In this document: one piece after another, positions 28,299 to 42,215 of the stretch
Position numbering within the stretch: the first letter of the stretch is position 1
Layout of the letters: each line of letters opens with the position of its first letter
Assembly (NCBI GenBank): GCA_964016885.1
Contig: OZ024741.1
Location: 62,000,001 to 62,064,000 of the forward strand
DNA: 64,000 nucleotides
Direction of reading: 5' to 3'
Source: Eledone cirrhosa
Lineage: Eukaryota
Notes under the pieces: generated by a model
What the model saw: the letters and a program-made list of their open reading frames with translations, nothing else
What the model was told of the DNA's origin: nothing
Databases searched by the model: none
Made by a program: the position numbers and the translations under genes

Positions 28299-29302
28299 TA
28301 GCAGCAGTACCCAGCGTTGCCTGTGTAGGTAAAATAATATCTGCTTTGATGAAAAGGTGTTGTTCTTAGCGACTGCTTCTCGATGACTCATCTATGGCCA
28401 CACACAGGCCATGCGAGGGAGGGTTGTGATGACTTATATCACTGAGAAACGCGGGTGACTGACGAAGGGGCATGCTGAGGGAGGGAGGTAATGACCTCTA
28501 ACACTAAGCCAAATTTTCTCACGCTACTTGATTGGAAACCGATGAATTCTCAAATACACAACTAAAAGCTCAGACGACGTCAGTGGCCATCGTTTTGCTT
28601 TTGACCATCTATAAGATGTACAATGATAGGTTCTATCGTAGTATAAAAGTTGAACCAAATAAATTGAATTATGTGTGAGGTGGAGCCGAAGTTTCGAATT
28701 TGAACGAAATCGGTTGAAAAATGTGGGAGCTAGAGCCGAATAGGCGGAAATTTGAGCGAAAAGGTGGTTTTTTTTAATATTTAAGCGGCTGCCACGCCGT
28801 TTCTGAACAAAATATCCAAAATGTAAAGCCACTTTAAGACGCGAAAGAATTAGATCTAGTATAGTGTAAAATTTGAATAAAGTAGGTTGATTAATGTGGG
28901 AGCTAGAGCCGATAAAGTGGAAATTTGAGTCTAAAAGTGGTACTTTTGAATATTTAAGCGGCTGCCACGCCCTCCCTGAACAACAAATGCAAAATATAAA
29001 GCCATTACAGGATGTGCAATGATAAATTCGATTTTGCTTTAAAATTTGAACGAAATCGGTGGCAAAATGTGGGAGCTAGAGCAAAAAATCTTACTTTTCG
29101 ATACCTAAAAAAAGGTGACATCCCTATTGATTTTTATCTGCAGAATGACCCCGGAATAAAAAGAAAAAACGATACGCTGATATCTAAAAGAACACTCCTC
29201 GATGACTAATCTATGAGCCTGTAAAGTTTCATGAAAATCGGTCGTAAGATATATGGATAATACACAGACAAATACTTAATTTTATATATATATATATACA
29301 GA
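28298..29302 (-). mobile_element. Non-autonomous Helitron
   Basis: On the minus strand: 5' TC, subterminal hairpin (cAGGCAACGCTGGG), 3' CTAG, A|T target; internal gtgggagctagagcc subrepeats. Confidence 0.75.
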
Positions 29303-29316
29303 TGTATATATATATG

Positions 29317-29422
<106 letters not shown>

Positions 29423-29445
29423 TGTATATATATATATAAAATTAT

Positions 29446-30001
29446 GTATACAGACGTACAGTAGCATGCATATATGTATATATATACATACATATATACA
29501 TATACATACAGGTACACATACATACATGCACGTATCAGTTTAGCGGACGCTTATTATAACGCCGCTTTGTTCGTTTGTAAACAAACTGAACAGCCTGAAT
29601 TGTTATGCCGTACGGTGTTAAGGCAACCACGTCACCTTTTTGTTCAACACTGACACAGGAACGATGTACTAGTTTCAAGCTTGTTAGCTATCATCAGCAG
29701 CGTATACACATCTGCCAGATAGTTGAACGTTAATTTTCATAAGGAAAGTATATACTTTCGAACGTTCAACTATCTGGCAGATGGGTATACGGTGCTGATG
29801 ATAGCTAACAAGCTTGAAACTAGTACATCGTTCCTGTGTCAGTGTTGAACAAAAAGGTGACGTGGTTGCCTTAACACCGTACGGCATAAAAATTCAGGGT
29901 GTTCAGTTTGTTTACAAACGAACAAAGCGGCGTTATAATAAGCGTCCGCTAAACTGATACGTGCATGTATGTATGTGTACCTGTATATATATGTATATAT
30001 G

Positions 30002-30049
<48 letters not shown>

Positions 30050-30165
30050 TGCTACTGTACGTTTGTATACATATATGTATGTACGTATACACACATACTT
30101 ACATTTATGTAAGTGCCGTACTAAGAGTGAGAAATGAAATTTCGTTTTCATTTTATTTCAACTTA
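29446..30165. mobile_element. Palindromic insertion of the 466-bp retrozyme family
   Basis: Close match to the array unit; inversion junction ~29730; hammerheads at 29661-29703 (-) and 29789-29831 (+). Confidence 0.9.
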
Positions 30166-30270
30166 TATATATATATATATATATGTAGGAGGTGAGTTTT
30201 ATTGTAGTACAATAAAGCAATGCAGATATCGGATAAGAAGCACTCTACAGTTTGTAGGACTGGAGTATAC

Positions 30271-30600
30271 ATAATATAAGATCAAAAGATGGTTAAAGGA
30301 GTTCCATGTATTTTATTATGCGCATTTCAAAAACAAACATCATCATGCAATAATATTTGTGTTTTCATCAGATAAAACAGGAGAACATGATATGAAGGCT
30401 AAAAAACACTTGTGGATAGTGCAGTTTTAAATCAACATATATGTTGATTTAAAACTGCACTATCCACAAGTGTTGTTTAGCCTTCATATCATGTTCTCCT
30501 GTTTTATCTGATGAAAACACAAATATTATTGCATGATGATGTTTGTTTTTGAAATGCGCATAATAAAATACATGGAACTCCTTTAACCATCTTTTGATCT

Positions 30601-30608
<8 letters not shown>
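30271..30608. mobile_element. Near-perfect palindrome with hammerheads on both strands
   Basis: Centre 30439/30440; ends in (TA)n. Confidence 0.85.
30501..30569 (+). ncRNA. Type I hammerhead (mirror copy at 30310-30378 on -)
   Basis: TTTTAT CTGATGA AAACACAAATATTATT..ATGATGATGTTTGTTTTT GAAA TGCGCA TA ATAAAA; palindromic stem III. Confidence 0.85.
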
Positions 30609-30648
<40 letters not shown>

Positions 30649-31275
30649 TCTTTCTCTCTCCCTCTTCTCTCTCCTTCTCCCTCTTACTTTCACTCAACCC
30701 CTCTGCTAGTCACCCTCTCTCTCACTTCCTTCATCGTCCCACACCGTACGACATTCTTTCCTCGCTCACATTCGCACGGCCAAGATGTGTCTTTTGCCTT
30801 CTCATCAATATTCGCACGTTCTTATGTTCAAATGAATCACTGATTTGATTTTCTCATTTTTACCTCTCTTTACGTTGCCTCACCATTCGTGTTTGTTTAC
30901 CTGCCTCTCTTTCTCCACCCAACTCTTTTTATCCCAATAACTTAATTTAGTTATTGTATTTCCCTAGCTTGAGGTATATGGTCTGTAATGCGAAGAAATA
31001 CCTATGATGGCTAGTAGACCACTGATGACGGATATTCCTGGCTTACATATGACGTACGTAGATATTTAGTTATACAAGCATAATTACATGCATATGCACA
31101 TACACTTTTCTCTTGTAGATATGAAGCTATAGAAGTGACATGTGGCTCAGCAGATAAGTACCATTAAGTTTTAAATCTATGGCCCTCGAGTCACTGATAT
31201 AGGTTTACTGTTGTATTATATATCACTCTACCTCTGTATTCAGTTTTGTGTCTTGTTTTCACAGACAACACTACA

Positions 31276-31367
<92 letters not shown>

Positions 31368-32379
31368 TATGAGGGAGAGAGAGGGAGTGTGTGTGTGTGT
31401 GTGTGTTAATAATCAGACCATTTTGACTCTGAGTCTATCCCATAGTCAAATGTGTGTCCCTATCCTAATTAACTTTGCCCCTGAAAAGCTGATCAGGGTT
31501 TATCTTACGTAAACTTCACCAGTAGCTCCTTCCTTGAGATAATATCTTGTTAAAATGTTGACCTCTGAACAGATAAATCACAAAAAGCACACAAGTGCTA
31601 GAAATTAAATAATTGAAATTGACATATTAAAATGTCAGCGTTAGGAGTTTGGATACTATTGCTTATTGTTGCTTAATATAATTTAATCATAAAAAGAAAC
31701 CTGGGGTAATATTTCCCTCGAAGACGCCCAACTGAAACCAGCGGGAAATTACTCTACAATCCGATATAATTATCTGTGATATTTGGAGACAAAATGTAAG
31801 TCCATGGATATCTGTTTTATTATATTTTTCTTGCTCTCTTTGGGATTTCTACACGAGTGAACATTAGCGTCTCTTCACCTTTAGGGAAGTTGTTATGTTG
31901 GTTTTAAATATTTATTTTCTTAATCTCTTTTATATATTTTATTTTACACAAAGAAAAGATCACACTATATCGTCCTGTGTTGTCTTTATGTTTCCTTAAT
32001 GTGAACCCTGTGTATCTAATAAAGAAATCGTTATTATTGTTTCATTTTCTTACGCTATTATTATGATTATTATTTTCGTTTTTCTTCTTCCTTCAATTTT
32101 GTTTCCATTTCTTGTCGAATATCTTCACGACACATAGAGCCGAGAAACTCACTGCATTCATTGATAAGCCACAAAAATTAATCGCAACGGGCTGATCACG
32201 TCACACACTTTAGAAGTATATTATTTTCTTTATAGATGTGCACATTATCTGTTTAAAATCATGTTCACAACAGAATGATATTCAATAATTTAAGAGTGCT
32301 CGATTATTTACAACTTATATAATTACGGAATATAATTAAATAAATTTATTTTATTGTTGTTATCATTATCATCATTATT

Positions 32380-33350
32380 ACTTTGATATCTCAGTCAATG
32401 TTGTAATTCAACCGGAAAATTTGCCCTAATGAACATCAAACCGCTACCTGCCCCCACAGTTATTCAGGATGTATCGGAAGTGGGGGTCCTTGCTGATCCC
32501 AGTAGGCATGCCTTCTGGAGTGTTCCGGGGACGACCTTGATCTCATGAAATTTTCAAATTCTTTTCAGTTCCCACTTTATATCCTGGTGCCGATTAATCT
32601 TCTCTTTCTCTTTTTCTTGCACTCTTGCGTCAAAAGGGATAGCTACATCTCTTATCAAGCAAGATATTTTTCCTTGTCAAAACCCACCAGATCAGGCCTA
32701 TTGTGTTCTAATTCTTTGTCCATTTGTATCCTGAAATCCCACAGCACCATCACGCGGTCGTTTTCTATCCCTGACTCTGGCTTATGATCATACCATTTCT
32801 CAGAATGAGGTAACTTGTTCAGTTTGTATAAATGCCAATGAATCACTTTTCGTATATCATGCCTCTATCATTTATATTGAGTCAGAGCTAGGTGTTTACA
32901 CTCGGATACAATGTGAGCCAAAGTTCCTTCTCTCTGTATCTCCACAAATCCTACAGAGTGGGCTAGCATCCTCCTTATCATACACTTCATTCTAAAAGCC
33001 TGATCCTTTGCAGCCAATAGCATTCCCTCTGTGGATTTCTTCAGGTCTCCTTTCTTTAATCAGGTTCATGCCTGTGGATCTCTGAATTCTGTTTTCTTTA
33101 AAAAGATGCTATAAAGGGCCTTTTCTTTCAAGTTGTTTTTCCTCTTTTTTGTTACCTTTTTCTTGGACATCCTTGCTCTATTTTTTCCTCCTTCACTACA
33201 GCCTTAAGCATTGGCTCGTTACTGTCATATACATATTTATGTAGACAGCTTTTCTCCATCTGAACACAATCTTCCACGATAATTAAACCTCTTCCACCAT
33301 CAAATCTCCATAAGTACTATCTATCAACATCACCTGTCTTATGAAACATA
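32380..33350 (-). mobile_element. R4/Dong-type LINE, decayed 3' part, same family as 60140-63750
   Basis: IHWHL...WYDHKPESGIENDRVMVLWDFRIQMDKELEHNRPDLV; 3' UTR matches 60140-60215. Confidence 0.85.
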
Positions 33351-33689
33351 CTGTAGGTGGTCATTTATTCCCTTGTTTGTTTTTGTTTGTTTTTTTATTC
33401 AGTTCTTTTTGCTATCTTACATACCATTTAAAAATTTCCGCACTGCTCGGGAATTTACTGCATGTATGGTATTTCTACTTTTCAGTTGTGGTTTTAGTAT
33501 TTCCTTACACTCCTTATATATTCAGATCTTATCATCTCCTTCACCATTTTGTTCTTTCTGTTAGCTGCCTCCAGAATACCTAAATACTTATATCTCTCTT
33601 CAGTGTATATCTCCTTTATTGTCTCACCCGTTATTTTTTTCTTAGGCTGTTCTTTTGTCGCATTACTAAACCAAGCAGACGGGTCATAG

Positions 33690-36600
33690 CTATTGACTTA
33701 GGAACTGTTGGTTACTTTCTTCTGGGGTTTATGTTCCCATCACCCTCCTCGAAATTGTAGCAGTTCCTAGGAATGTTGTTTTCTGCAGGAATACTACCTT
33801 TGCTTGGATCACAAGTTTTTCTATCCATTTTTCTAAATTTTTGGTCACACAACCAAGAGCACCTAATCACTGTTGCTATGACCTTAATCTTTTTTCATGT
33901 TTCATAATTTTGGACTTCAATTCTAAGGTCCTGATATTTATCAACTTTCTTCATTTCTTTTGGGTGGATCCTCTCATCTCCAGGAATGGTGACATCAGTA
34001 ATTCTACATATCCTCTCTAATTTTTCTATTACAACTATTTCAGGTTTCTTTACTGCTATTATGTTATCACACTGTATAACCATTAAAGTTTTACATTATC
34101 ATTCTTAACTACTCCTTCTGGTTGATGTTCATACCACAGTTCATTTCCTTCCAGATGATACCCCCCCCCCCCCCCCAGCGATTCCAATGGATAATTTTAG
34201 CAACTATCTTGTTTGTTCTCTTGTATTCTCTTCGGGCTAATTTTGAACATTCACTAATGACGTGACTCACACTCGTTCCATTCACATAGTCTACATAGGG
34301 ATGAATCTACAGTTTATCTATTTTGTTTTTTTATCAAGTTGGCTTTGATTCATACTCTCGAGTGGAGAAAGTTACAGTTCAGATTTTCATAGCCAGTCCC
34401 ATGACCACTCCTTATGGATTGTGTCTGGCATTTCTCTCACAAATTGTCCATATATTATTTTTCCTTTCCATTTAGCCATCATTCCGTTTTACTTTTCCCG
34501 TTTATAATCATTATTAAGCTTAGCATTTTCAGTATCAAAGTAACCACCATTTCTTATTATCACTTTTAACAGTAATCCTTCCGAATTCCTGATATACCAA
34601 GCAATGTTATTCTCCTCAGTCTTCACACCCTATTCTGTCTCCATCTCTTTTATGGTGGAGTGCTACAAACACGTTCATCAATTTCCTTGTCTTGGTGTGA
34701 AGGCACTTTAGCTCATCTACTGGCCATTTAATAATTCCCGCATTATATCTCATCATTGCTGCCGCCCATGAATTCATTGCCGTTATCTTAAACCTGCCAT
34801 TAAGTTTTGACTTTAGTAGACATACCACCCTTCTCTTGTATTCTTTTGAAAATGCATCCCCTTTATATTTTTCCGTAATTTGATCATATTCTAGTACACC
34901 CAGATATCTATATCCTTGATACTTTCCCCGTAGGGGAACTCAACTCATTATTATGTAACAACGTTTCCCCCTTTTCATCATCTTTTCCACATGCCCTTAT
35001 GCCAAACTTCATCGGGATATTCCTACTGAATACCTGTACAGTTGAAATCAATCTATTTATCTTATTCTCACTTTCAAATCATCTATAAAGTGCAAATGGC
35101 TTCAGCTTTTCCCACAAAGTAAGGTGACTGAGCTTTCCGTAAGATTTGTATAAAGGGGATCATGAAAATAACAAACAACAACAGTGATAAGCTATCACCC
35201 TGAAATATACCCCTCCAGAGGTTTACCTTCTCCAGAAATTTCCCACATCAGGTTAGTTGCGTTTGCCAATTATTCATTGATCTCTTAATGAAATTTACTA
35301 TATTGTCTGAAACTTGTGCCAGTTATAAACTTTCTAAGAACCAGGTATGGGGGACCATATCATAATCTATTTTATAATCTATCCACGCCGTTCTCAAATC
35401 CATGTGTTGTCTCTTACAATTTTTAAGCAACATTCTATCTATGTGTAGCTGATCCTTTGTTTCACAGCTTTTCTTCCTGCACACTTTCTGTTCCACATTT
35501 AGTTTCTTGCTGATTTCAAGGAATTCATATACATGTTCAGATATGATTCCAGTCATTTGCTTCAATATAAGGGATAAGTATGGGATCAGTCTATAATTAT
35601 CAACATTATTTCCTTTCGCAAGTACGTTTTCGCACATTACTCTCTTTGCCGTAGTCATCCATTTTTAGATCTCCACACCGTTGTTAATCATATCGTTCAT
35701 TTGCAAATCTTTTTTCAACCAATACTTTTGTAATCCATCTGGTCCTGGGATTTTCCATTTGGGAAGGGAATCCTGTTTGCTTGCATTGTCACCATCTCAG
35801 TAGTTATTGCTACATTTTCTTGTTTTATTCCCTCATTATCAGGTCTTAATTCCTTCAACCACTCAGCTTCTTTATCATGGCCTTTATTACTATCCCAGAT
35901 GTTACAGAATATCTTACTCTTTTCAGCATCTCTTTTCTCATTGTTGTTTACTTTCCAGCTGTTGGTAAACACATTTTTTAACCTGTTGGAAACATTATGT
36001 TAATCTTATATTGATCTATCATCTGTTCATAACTCTTAATTCCGGTTGATTTAGTCTTTAGTCTGTTTAGGTTCTTACAAAACTACATTTACACCCTTAT
36101 TTTTAATCCTGTATTTATGTTCAAGTACCTGGTATTTCTCCTACCGACTAATCTCGCCTCGTTTCCTTTTGCCTAGGATGCTATATTTCCTTATTTCCTT
36201 AATTACCTGCCCTATTTTCCTCTTCCACCATTATTCCTTTCCTTCATAGTCTCTTTGGTTTGTTTTGAAACTTACCTGTCACTCAATATAAAGGCTACAT
36301 GCTTTGATTAGGTTGTTTATTGTTCTTATGTTATCGATCTTTATTTCAGATAACACTGCATTCACCCTTTTCGTCTGTTAGTTAAGCAGACGTCTGTCAA
36401 CTCTCTTAAACCCTTTGATATTCTTTCCCTGTTCCACAATATCATTCGATTAACATCTTCACTTAATTTTTTCCTATTTCCAATAGATATTCCGTTGCTT
36501 CTTATTTTTTGTTCATTGTCAGCATTTACAACTTTAACTTCTTCAACATATCATTACATCACATCCTCTCCTTCAATTTCCCTTCTCTCATCGTCGATCA

Positions 36601-36850
36601 CCCTCGTTTTCAACTCTTGTAGTTCAAGTTCTGTTAATCATCCATTCTTCATTGTTATCCTTACTTGGTACACAGCCTCTGTTCCATCCTTTTTGATTCC
36701 AGATGGAATCGTTAATGAAATTAAGAGAATGAACTCAAGATTCTTTTTTCCTGAAAGCCCTCACTCGCTTCCCTTCATCACCAATTTTAGAGTTCATTCT
36801 CTTAATTTCATTAACGATCCAATTTAACATATTGAACCTGTAGGTGACGA
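33690..36850 (-). mobile_element. R4/Dong-type LINE, heavily decayed, related family
   Basis: Fragments NYRLI.YL, TKDQL.ID, AWIDYK..YDMVPH, IFQGDSLS, KKPEIVV..DVTIPGD..K.DKYQDL. Confidence 0.85.
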
Positions 36851-36879
36851 CAGGGATTGAAAGCGCATTTATGGCAGCT

Positions 36880-37270
36880 AGTTTATTTCTCGATTTCAGC
36901 TCAGTTTTCAAAACAACACCTACTCTCCCCTAGAATTCCTTCCTGATTCTCTATTCCATGCTGGCGTAGCGAATACCTTGGCCTTCACTGATTCCTAGAT
37001 ATATTTAGGCTTGTTCCTGTTCTAATTCCCTAATTACTGTATTCACATTTCTTTAAAATTGAGTTTGTGCTTGTCATTCTGCCTTTCTTGAATGTTGCTT
37101 TGGTGGATTTTTCCAGTTCAAACTCAATCCCTACATCATCGCTGAATAACTTTACTGTCTTCAGAAGTCCTTTCAATTCGTTATCATTTTTTCATACAAC
37201 ATCAAGTTATCCATACAAAACAGGTGATTTATGGTTTTGCTGTCTATGTTGTAGCCATGTTTTGTTTTGT
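36880..37270 (-). mobile_element. RT fragment of another REL LINE
   Basis: HLFL.DNL..Y...ELKGLLKTVKLFSDDVGIEFELEKSTKA..YLG. Confidence 0.6.
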
Positions 37271-37654
37271 TGACCGTTAAAGACAGCAGTCAAAATGCAA
37301 TGCAAAATATCAAAGGAGAAAATGAAAAACACCCACAGTTAATACTTATGCTGCTGGAATGTAATACTGCCATCACTGTGTGACAGTGATAGATTTGCAT
37401 TCGAAATAGACATGTTGTAATTCAGGAAGTTTGATGTTTCTGGGGAAATTTTCAGAATATCTAAAGTTTTCAAAATCCATGCTTGGAATGTTATCATTAT
37501 TATTAACTTATTATTATAAAAAAAAACTTTTTTTAAAATAAATAAATAAAAAATTTAAAAAATAATAAATAAAGAAAGCATTATTATTATAAAACAATGA
37601 TATGAATAGGTAAAATAACTCGATTTTGTTGTTATTATTTTCATTGATAAAAGG

Positions 37655-37860
37655 GCGGTGGATTGGGTCGGACGCCATGCTTTGCAGCATAGAGTTACGG
37701 CCCTTTTATGATCTGAGTTCAAATCCTGCCGAGGTTAACTTTACCTTTCATCTTTAAGGGGTCGATAAAATAAAACACCAGTAATAGCCTGGTTTCGATT
37801 TAATTGTCTTTCCCCTCCCCTAGCTTTATGCATAAAGTAGAAACAATTTTTAGTATCATT
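37655..37860 (+). mobile_element. tRNA-derived SINE
   Basis: gtcggacgccatgcttt...ctgagttcaaatcc.gccgaggttaacttt.cctttcatc...gtcgataaaataaa. Confidence 0.8.
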
Positions 37861-38274
37861 AGTTCTTGTTGTTGTAGTTGTTCATTTAATGGTCGTGTAT
37901 TGGCAGACATCTTCATGTATATATATATACATATATATACATATATATATACATACATACAATACATACATACATTTATGAAAAAGACGTTGAACATGAA
38001 ACTGAAATCTTTTAGGAGATGTATTTACGTTAACCTTACCGGTTTCTCAGTTTTATGATTTTTAAATATTCAGTGGAATAGAGAGATGTGTGGCTATGCC
38101 ATAATATCTCTCGCATCTGATGTGTTGGGAAATTTCCCTCCGCTTTATGCAAAAATTGTGGCTTTGATTATTATCTGCTTTTGTGTGTGCATAATGGTCT
38201 CAAATTATGAAACTCGGAATAAAAGACTCAAAGAGTTATAAAAAATTCTACTTGAAAGATAGTATCCATCATTA

Positions 38275-38450
38275 TACGGTGGCGGGTTTGACGCCATGCT
38301 TTGCAGCATAGAGTTACATCCCTTTACGATCTGAGTTCAAATCTCACCGAGGTTAACTTTGCCTTTCATCCTTACGAGGTCGATCAAATAAAGCAAGAGT
38401 TATGCACTGAGTAATTGCTGGCCTTGTGCCAAAAGTAGAAACAATTATTA
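38275..38450 (+). mobile_element. tRNA-derived SINE
   Basis: Same consensus as the 37655 copy. Confidence 0.8.
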
Positions 38451-39304
38451 GTGTACAATGGAATAAAACGTGCCAAAGCAATAGATAGTCAAGTATTCCC
38501 AAAACAAAAAAAGCTTTAGATACATTCAATACTCTATCATATATCTCAACTTACATCACAAACAATACAGAGGCATACATTATCGACACAAACAACAAAC
38601 TATTGCGACATGACCTGCGAATAAAATAAAATTGCTTGAAACACATAAACTATCTAAAGCCGCTTTAAAAAACTACTCAATAGCGTCATATTACCCTCTC
38701 CTTCAATTTCCCTTCTCTCATCGTCCATCACCCTCGTTTTTAACTCTTGTAGTTCAAGTTCTGTTAATCACTTCTTAGTTATCCTTACTTGATCACACAG
38801 CCTCTGTTCCGTCCTTTTAGATTACAGCGTCAAATTAACCCCAGTGCATATTTTTTAATCAGGACAAATGTTTGTAAAAAACATTTCACCTGTTCCTCAA
38901 ATAATTTAATATATACTATTAAATTTAAAAGGTGCAACGAAGTACATAGGGCAAGCCAAATTCACCTTCAGAATCAGAATGACAATAAATTGCCACAAGC
39001 TGCGCCACAAGACAGATACAACTAATTGGCATTTAGACTTAAGTGCAACAATTAAGTCCCCCAAGTTCCAAGTCTTGGGAGTTTACCTTTGTCCAGACGG
39101 TACCACAAACTAAACAAGAATAAATATAGAAAATTTATTTATTGAAATATACAAACGATGTTTGAATAAACTCTTACAAGAAATATTTGCCACATACACA
39201 CAAACTAACATGCATACACACATACTAACATACATACACACACATACACACTTATCATTCTTCTTTATTTTGCTAATGGAGCTATTATTATTATTATTAT
39301 TACC

Positions 39305-39560
39305 ATTCTGAGTTCAAATCCCGCCTAGGTTAACTTTGCCTTTCATTCTTACGTGGTCGATAAAATAAAGTACCAGTAATGCACTGGGATAATTGCTGGC
39401 CTTGTGCCAAAAGTAGAAACAATTATTATTATTATTACCATTATTATTATGTTATCGCATGTAACGTACCAGTAACGTAGTGGGGTCGATATAACCGACA
39501 TTCCCCTCCCCCCAAATTACTGGCCTTGTGCCTATACTAGACATCATTATGTTATCGCAT
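39305..39560 (+). mobile_element. Truncated or duplicated SINE copies
   Basis: SINE core followed by a second 3' half (gtaccagt..ggggtcgat..ggccttgtgcc). Confidence 0.7.
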
Positions 39561-40139
39561 GACCATCTGTACCCGAAAGGAGAATGGGACAAATAAGTAC
39601 TCTTACACACACACACACACATACACACACACACATACACGCACACATAAAGAAAATTCCTGTACAATTCACTGAAATTAAATTCTATAGACTTAACTGC
39701 TTAATTCACCAAAACAATTCATGTTTATTCCAAAAATTGGAAGCGTCATGATTCAATGAACGTGACGCTTCCAATTTTTGGCGCAACAAAATTATAATCC
39801 TAATCACAAAATGGTATCTCTAATCTTGTGATCATCAATATGTGACGCAAAAACTATAACACAACTCTCTACCTAATCACATGATCATCTACAAACCGAT
39901 AACAATCTGAACCACTTTTTCTGCGTATAAGTTTGCGCAAGCGCACGAGTGTATATGTGTAATCCGCTTTTGTAAAAGTCATATCTATATTAATTTATTA
40001 GAATGTATGGACCTGTAACCCCCTTTTGTAGTGGCACCGTCGTGACATACAACGGGTCTTGTGCATTGATGGAAACTTGATGGAACCCATCCTTCTCCAG
40101 CGCTGAAAACTGCTGATTTCTTCCAGACGCAAAGAGAGA

Positions 40140-40330
40140 GTGGGGGATGGAGGAAGTGCGCAAACGATATGGTTGATGAATCGACCCTAATACTTGTATT
40201 TTCTATCAGCCCCAAAAGTATTAAAGGGAAAGTTGACTTTGGTTAGATTTGAACTTAGAGCGCGGTGAACCGGAATAAATATCGCAAATCATTCTAGCCG
40301 ACGTTCTAACGAATATGTCAATTCACCACC
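40140..40330 (-). mobile_element. tRNA-derived SINE, decayed
   Basis: tcgaccc...aaagttgac...atttgaact.aga. Confidence 0.55.
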
Positions 40331-40969
40331 TACTAATTTGTTAGACAGAAAATTATTTTTCTTAGTTATAATCTAATGATTAATTTCGCTTTTTAAACTG
40401 CACCTGATCTGTGTATTTTGATAAACCCTATATTTTAATATTCCGTTATCAGCAAACTAATTAAAATTTAACGCCTTTATCTCCAGCTTATTTCTTTGTC
40501 TTTCACTTTGATCATCGAATTTCTCATCCTTCCTTTTTTTATCGATTATCTAACTAGTAATTATTTATCCGTAATCAGTGGCTCCTTCTCATACCGTCTT
40601 TGCATGTAGTCTACGAATTAATCGCCCTTTGTTATTCAGTTATTCATTGTTTTTATTTGAATAATGGACAACTGAAAATGTGGAATTCATACGACAGGGA
40701 TATCAAAATCTATTGATTCTTCCCCATGGTTCTGTTATGATGAAAATTATAATTACCCTTGTTTTTGTTTTAAATTTGCTGTATTTTTTTTTAACAATGT
40801 TAGTGTGTGATAGTCCTTTACACCTGCTATATATTGTATTGTATTTACCTGTAGACCTTATGCAAAGCTGTTCAACAACCTGTTTATCAATATTTTATAT
40901 ATTTTTAATTAAGATGTGTCGTTTGCTTTGATTTAACTGTTGTGCTTAATTAGCCATGATCATACTCAT

Positions 40970-41340
40970 TTTAGCAACGGTTGCAACTATCTTGTTATAT
41001 GGTGGCGAGACATGGACACTGACACAGATGCTTGAAAATCAACTAGACGGAATGTAATCACGCATGTTTCGGATCCTACTTAACATCACTTGGAAGAGCC
41101 ACATCAACAAAACAGAACTATTTGATGACCTGCCAAATGAAACTGAAAAGATAACTCAGTGAAGATTGTGGTTGGCAAGTCATTATGTGAGACACCCTGA
41201 AGAAATATAGTACTATGGCGGTCAATACGCGGGCAGATAAACTGCAAGAGTCAATCCAATAACTTTATTGAAATACACCGATTGAAGACTCTATCGAATA
41301 TACAAATAGTGATGATAGAGCGAGACATCTGGCATTAATT
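40970..41340 (+). mobile_element. RTE-like LINE 3' fragment
   Basis: ILLYGGETWTLT..LENQLDG..RMFRILLNITW.SHINK.EL...RLWLA.H.VR. Confidence 0.7.
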
Positions 41341-41749
41341 TGTTTTCGTGATTCTTAAAATTGGGTGGAAATCCCTCAGTTTAACGCATCCTAGGGCCTG
41401 ACAGTTGTGATATTCGTGGCAAAAGACTATGTATAACTCCAAAGTTGACCACAGTGGGATTTGAACTCAGAAAGCAAATTCGAAGCATATCCCACAAAGC
41501 ATTTCATCCGATACTAACAATACCACCTATCCACCGCTCTGGACTGATATGTTAATTTCTCAACGGCAATAGCTTGCAAGGAATTGTTAAGCTCGACAGG
41601 ATCCGAATTAAGTGTTATTTTTCTAGGTTCTAGCGACGTGATATTTTGGATATTATCTTTGAATTAAATTAGAAGACGCTGACATTTCAGCTATTCTTCA
41701 TTAAATAACTTAGGAAGAAGAAAACCAGCAACATATACAGATCTGTATG

Positions 41750-42045
41750 TGATTTCCAGAGACGTTACTATAGAATCGTACTTAGGATGTATTGGTGTAA
41801 CCGTATCAGAAATAAAGAAATCATATGAAGACCCGATTTTGTAATCTATGAGATACCATCATCGTACGACGGCAGAAGGAGCTCGGTCACATGCTAGACA
41901 TACACGAAGAGGCCAGTGAGGGCCTCCGCGTATAGAAGCTTGATGGGGGTATAGGAAGCAAGGCATATCTGTCAAGAAATGGTTGAGGTCCGTGGAGGAA
42001 GACCTAGTAGGCATGAGTCAGGCCGGGGAGTTGACCAGACGTAAA
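41750..42045 (+). mobile_element. RTE-like LINE 3' fragment, decayed
   Basis: LRMYWC...IRNKEI...RRQ..LGHML...G.RKQG....KWLRSVEEDL. Confidence 0.5.
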
Positions 42046-42140
42046 GAAATATGTACTGGGGTCGATATAATTTAATAAATCTAGCCGCTGCCCCAGCATG
42101 GCTGCAGTCTCAAAGATAAAACCAATAAAATAACAAAAGA

Positions 42141-42208
<68 letters not shown>

Positions 42209-42215
42209 ATATATA

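Noticed and set aside
30975-31045. Type III hammerhead (TGGTCT/AGACCA CTGATGA CGGA..TCC)
   Set aside because: No GAAA after stem II
39730-39781. Isolated 20-bp stem hairpin
   Set aside because: No second copy or motif in the window to interpret it
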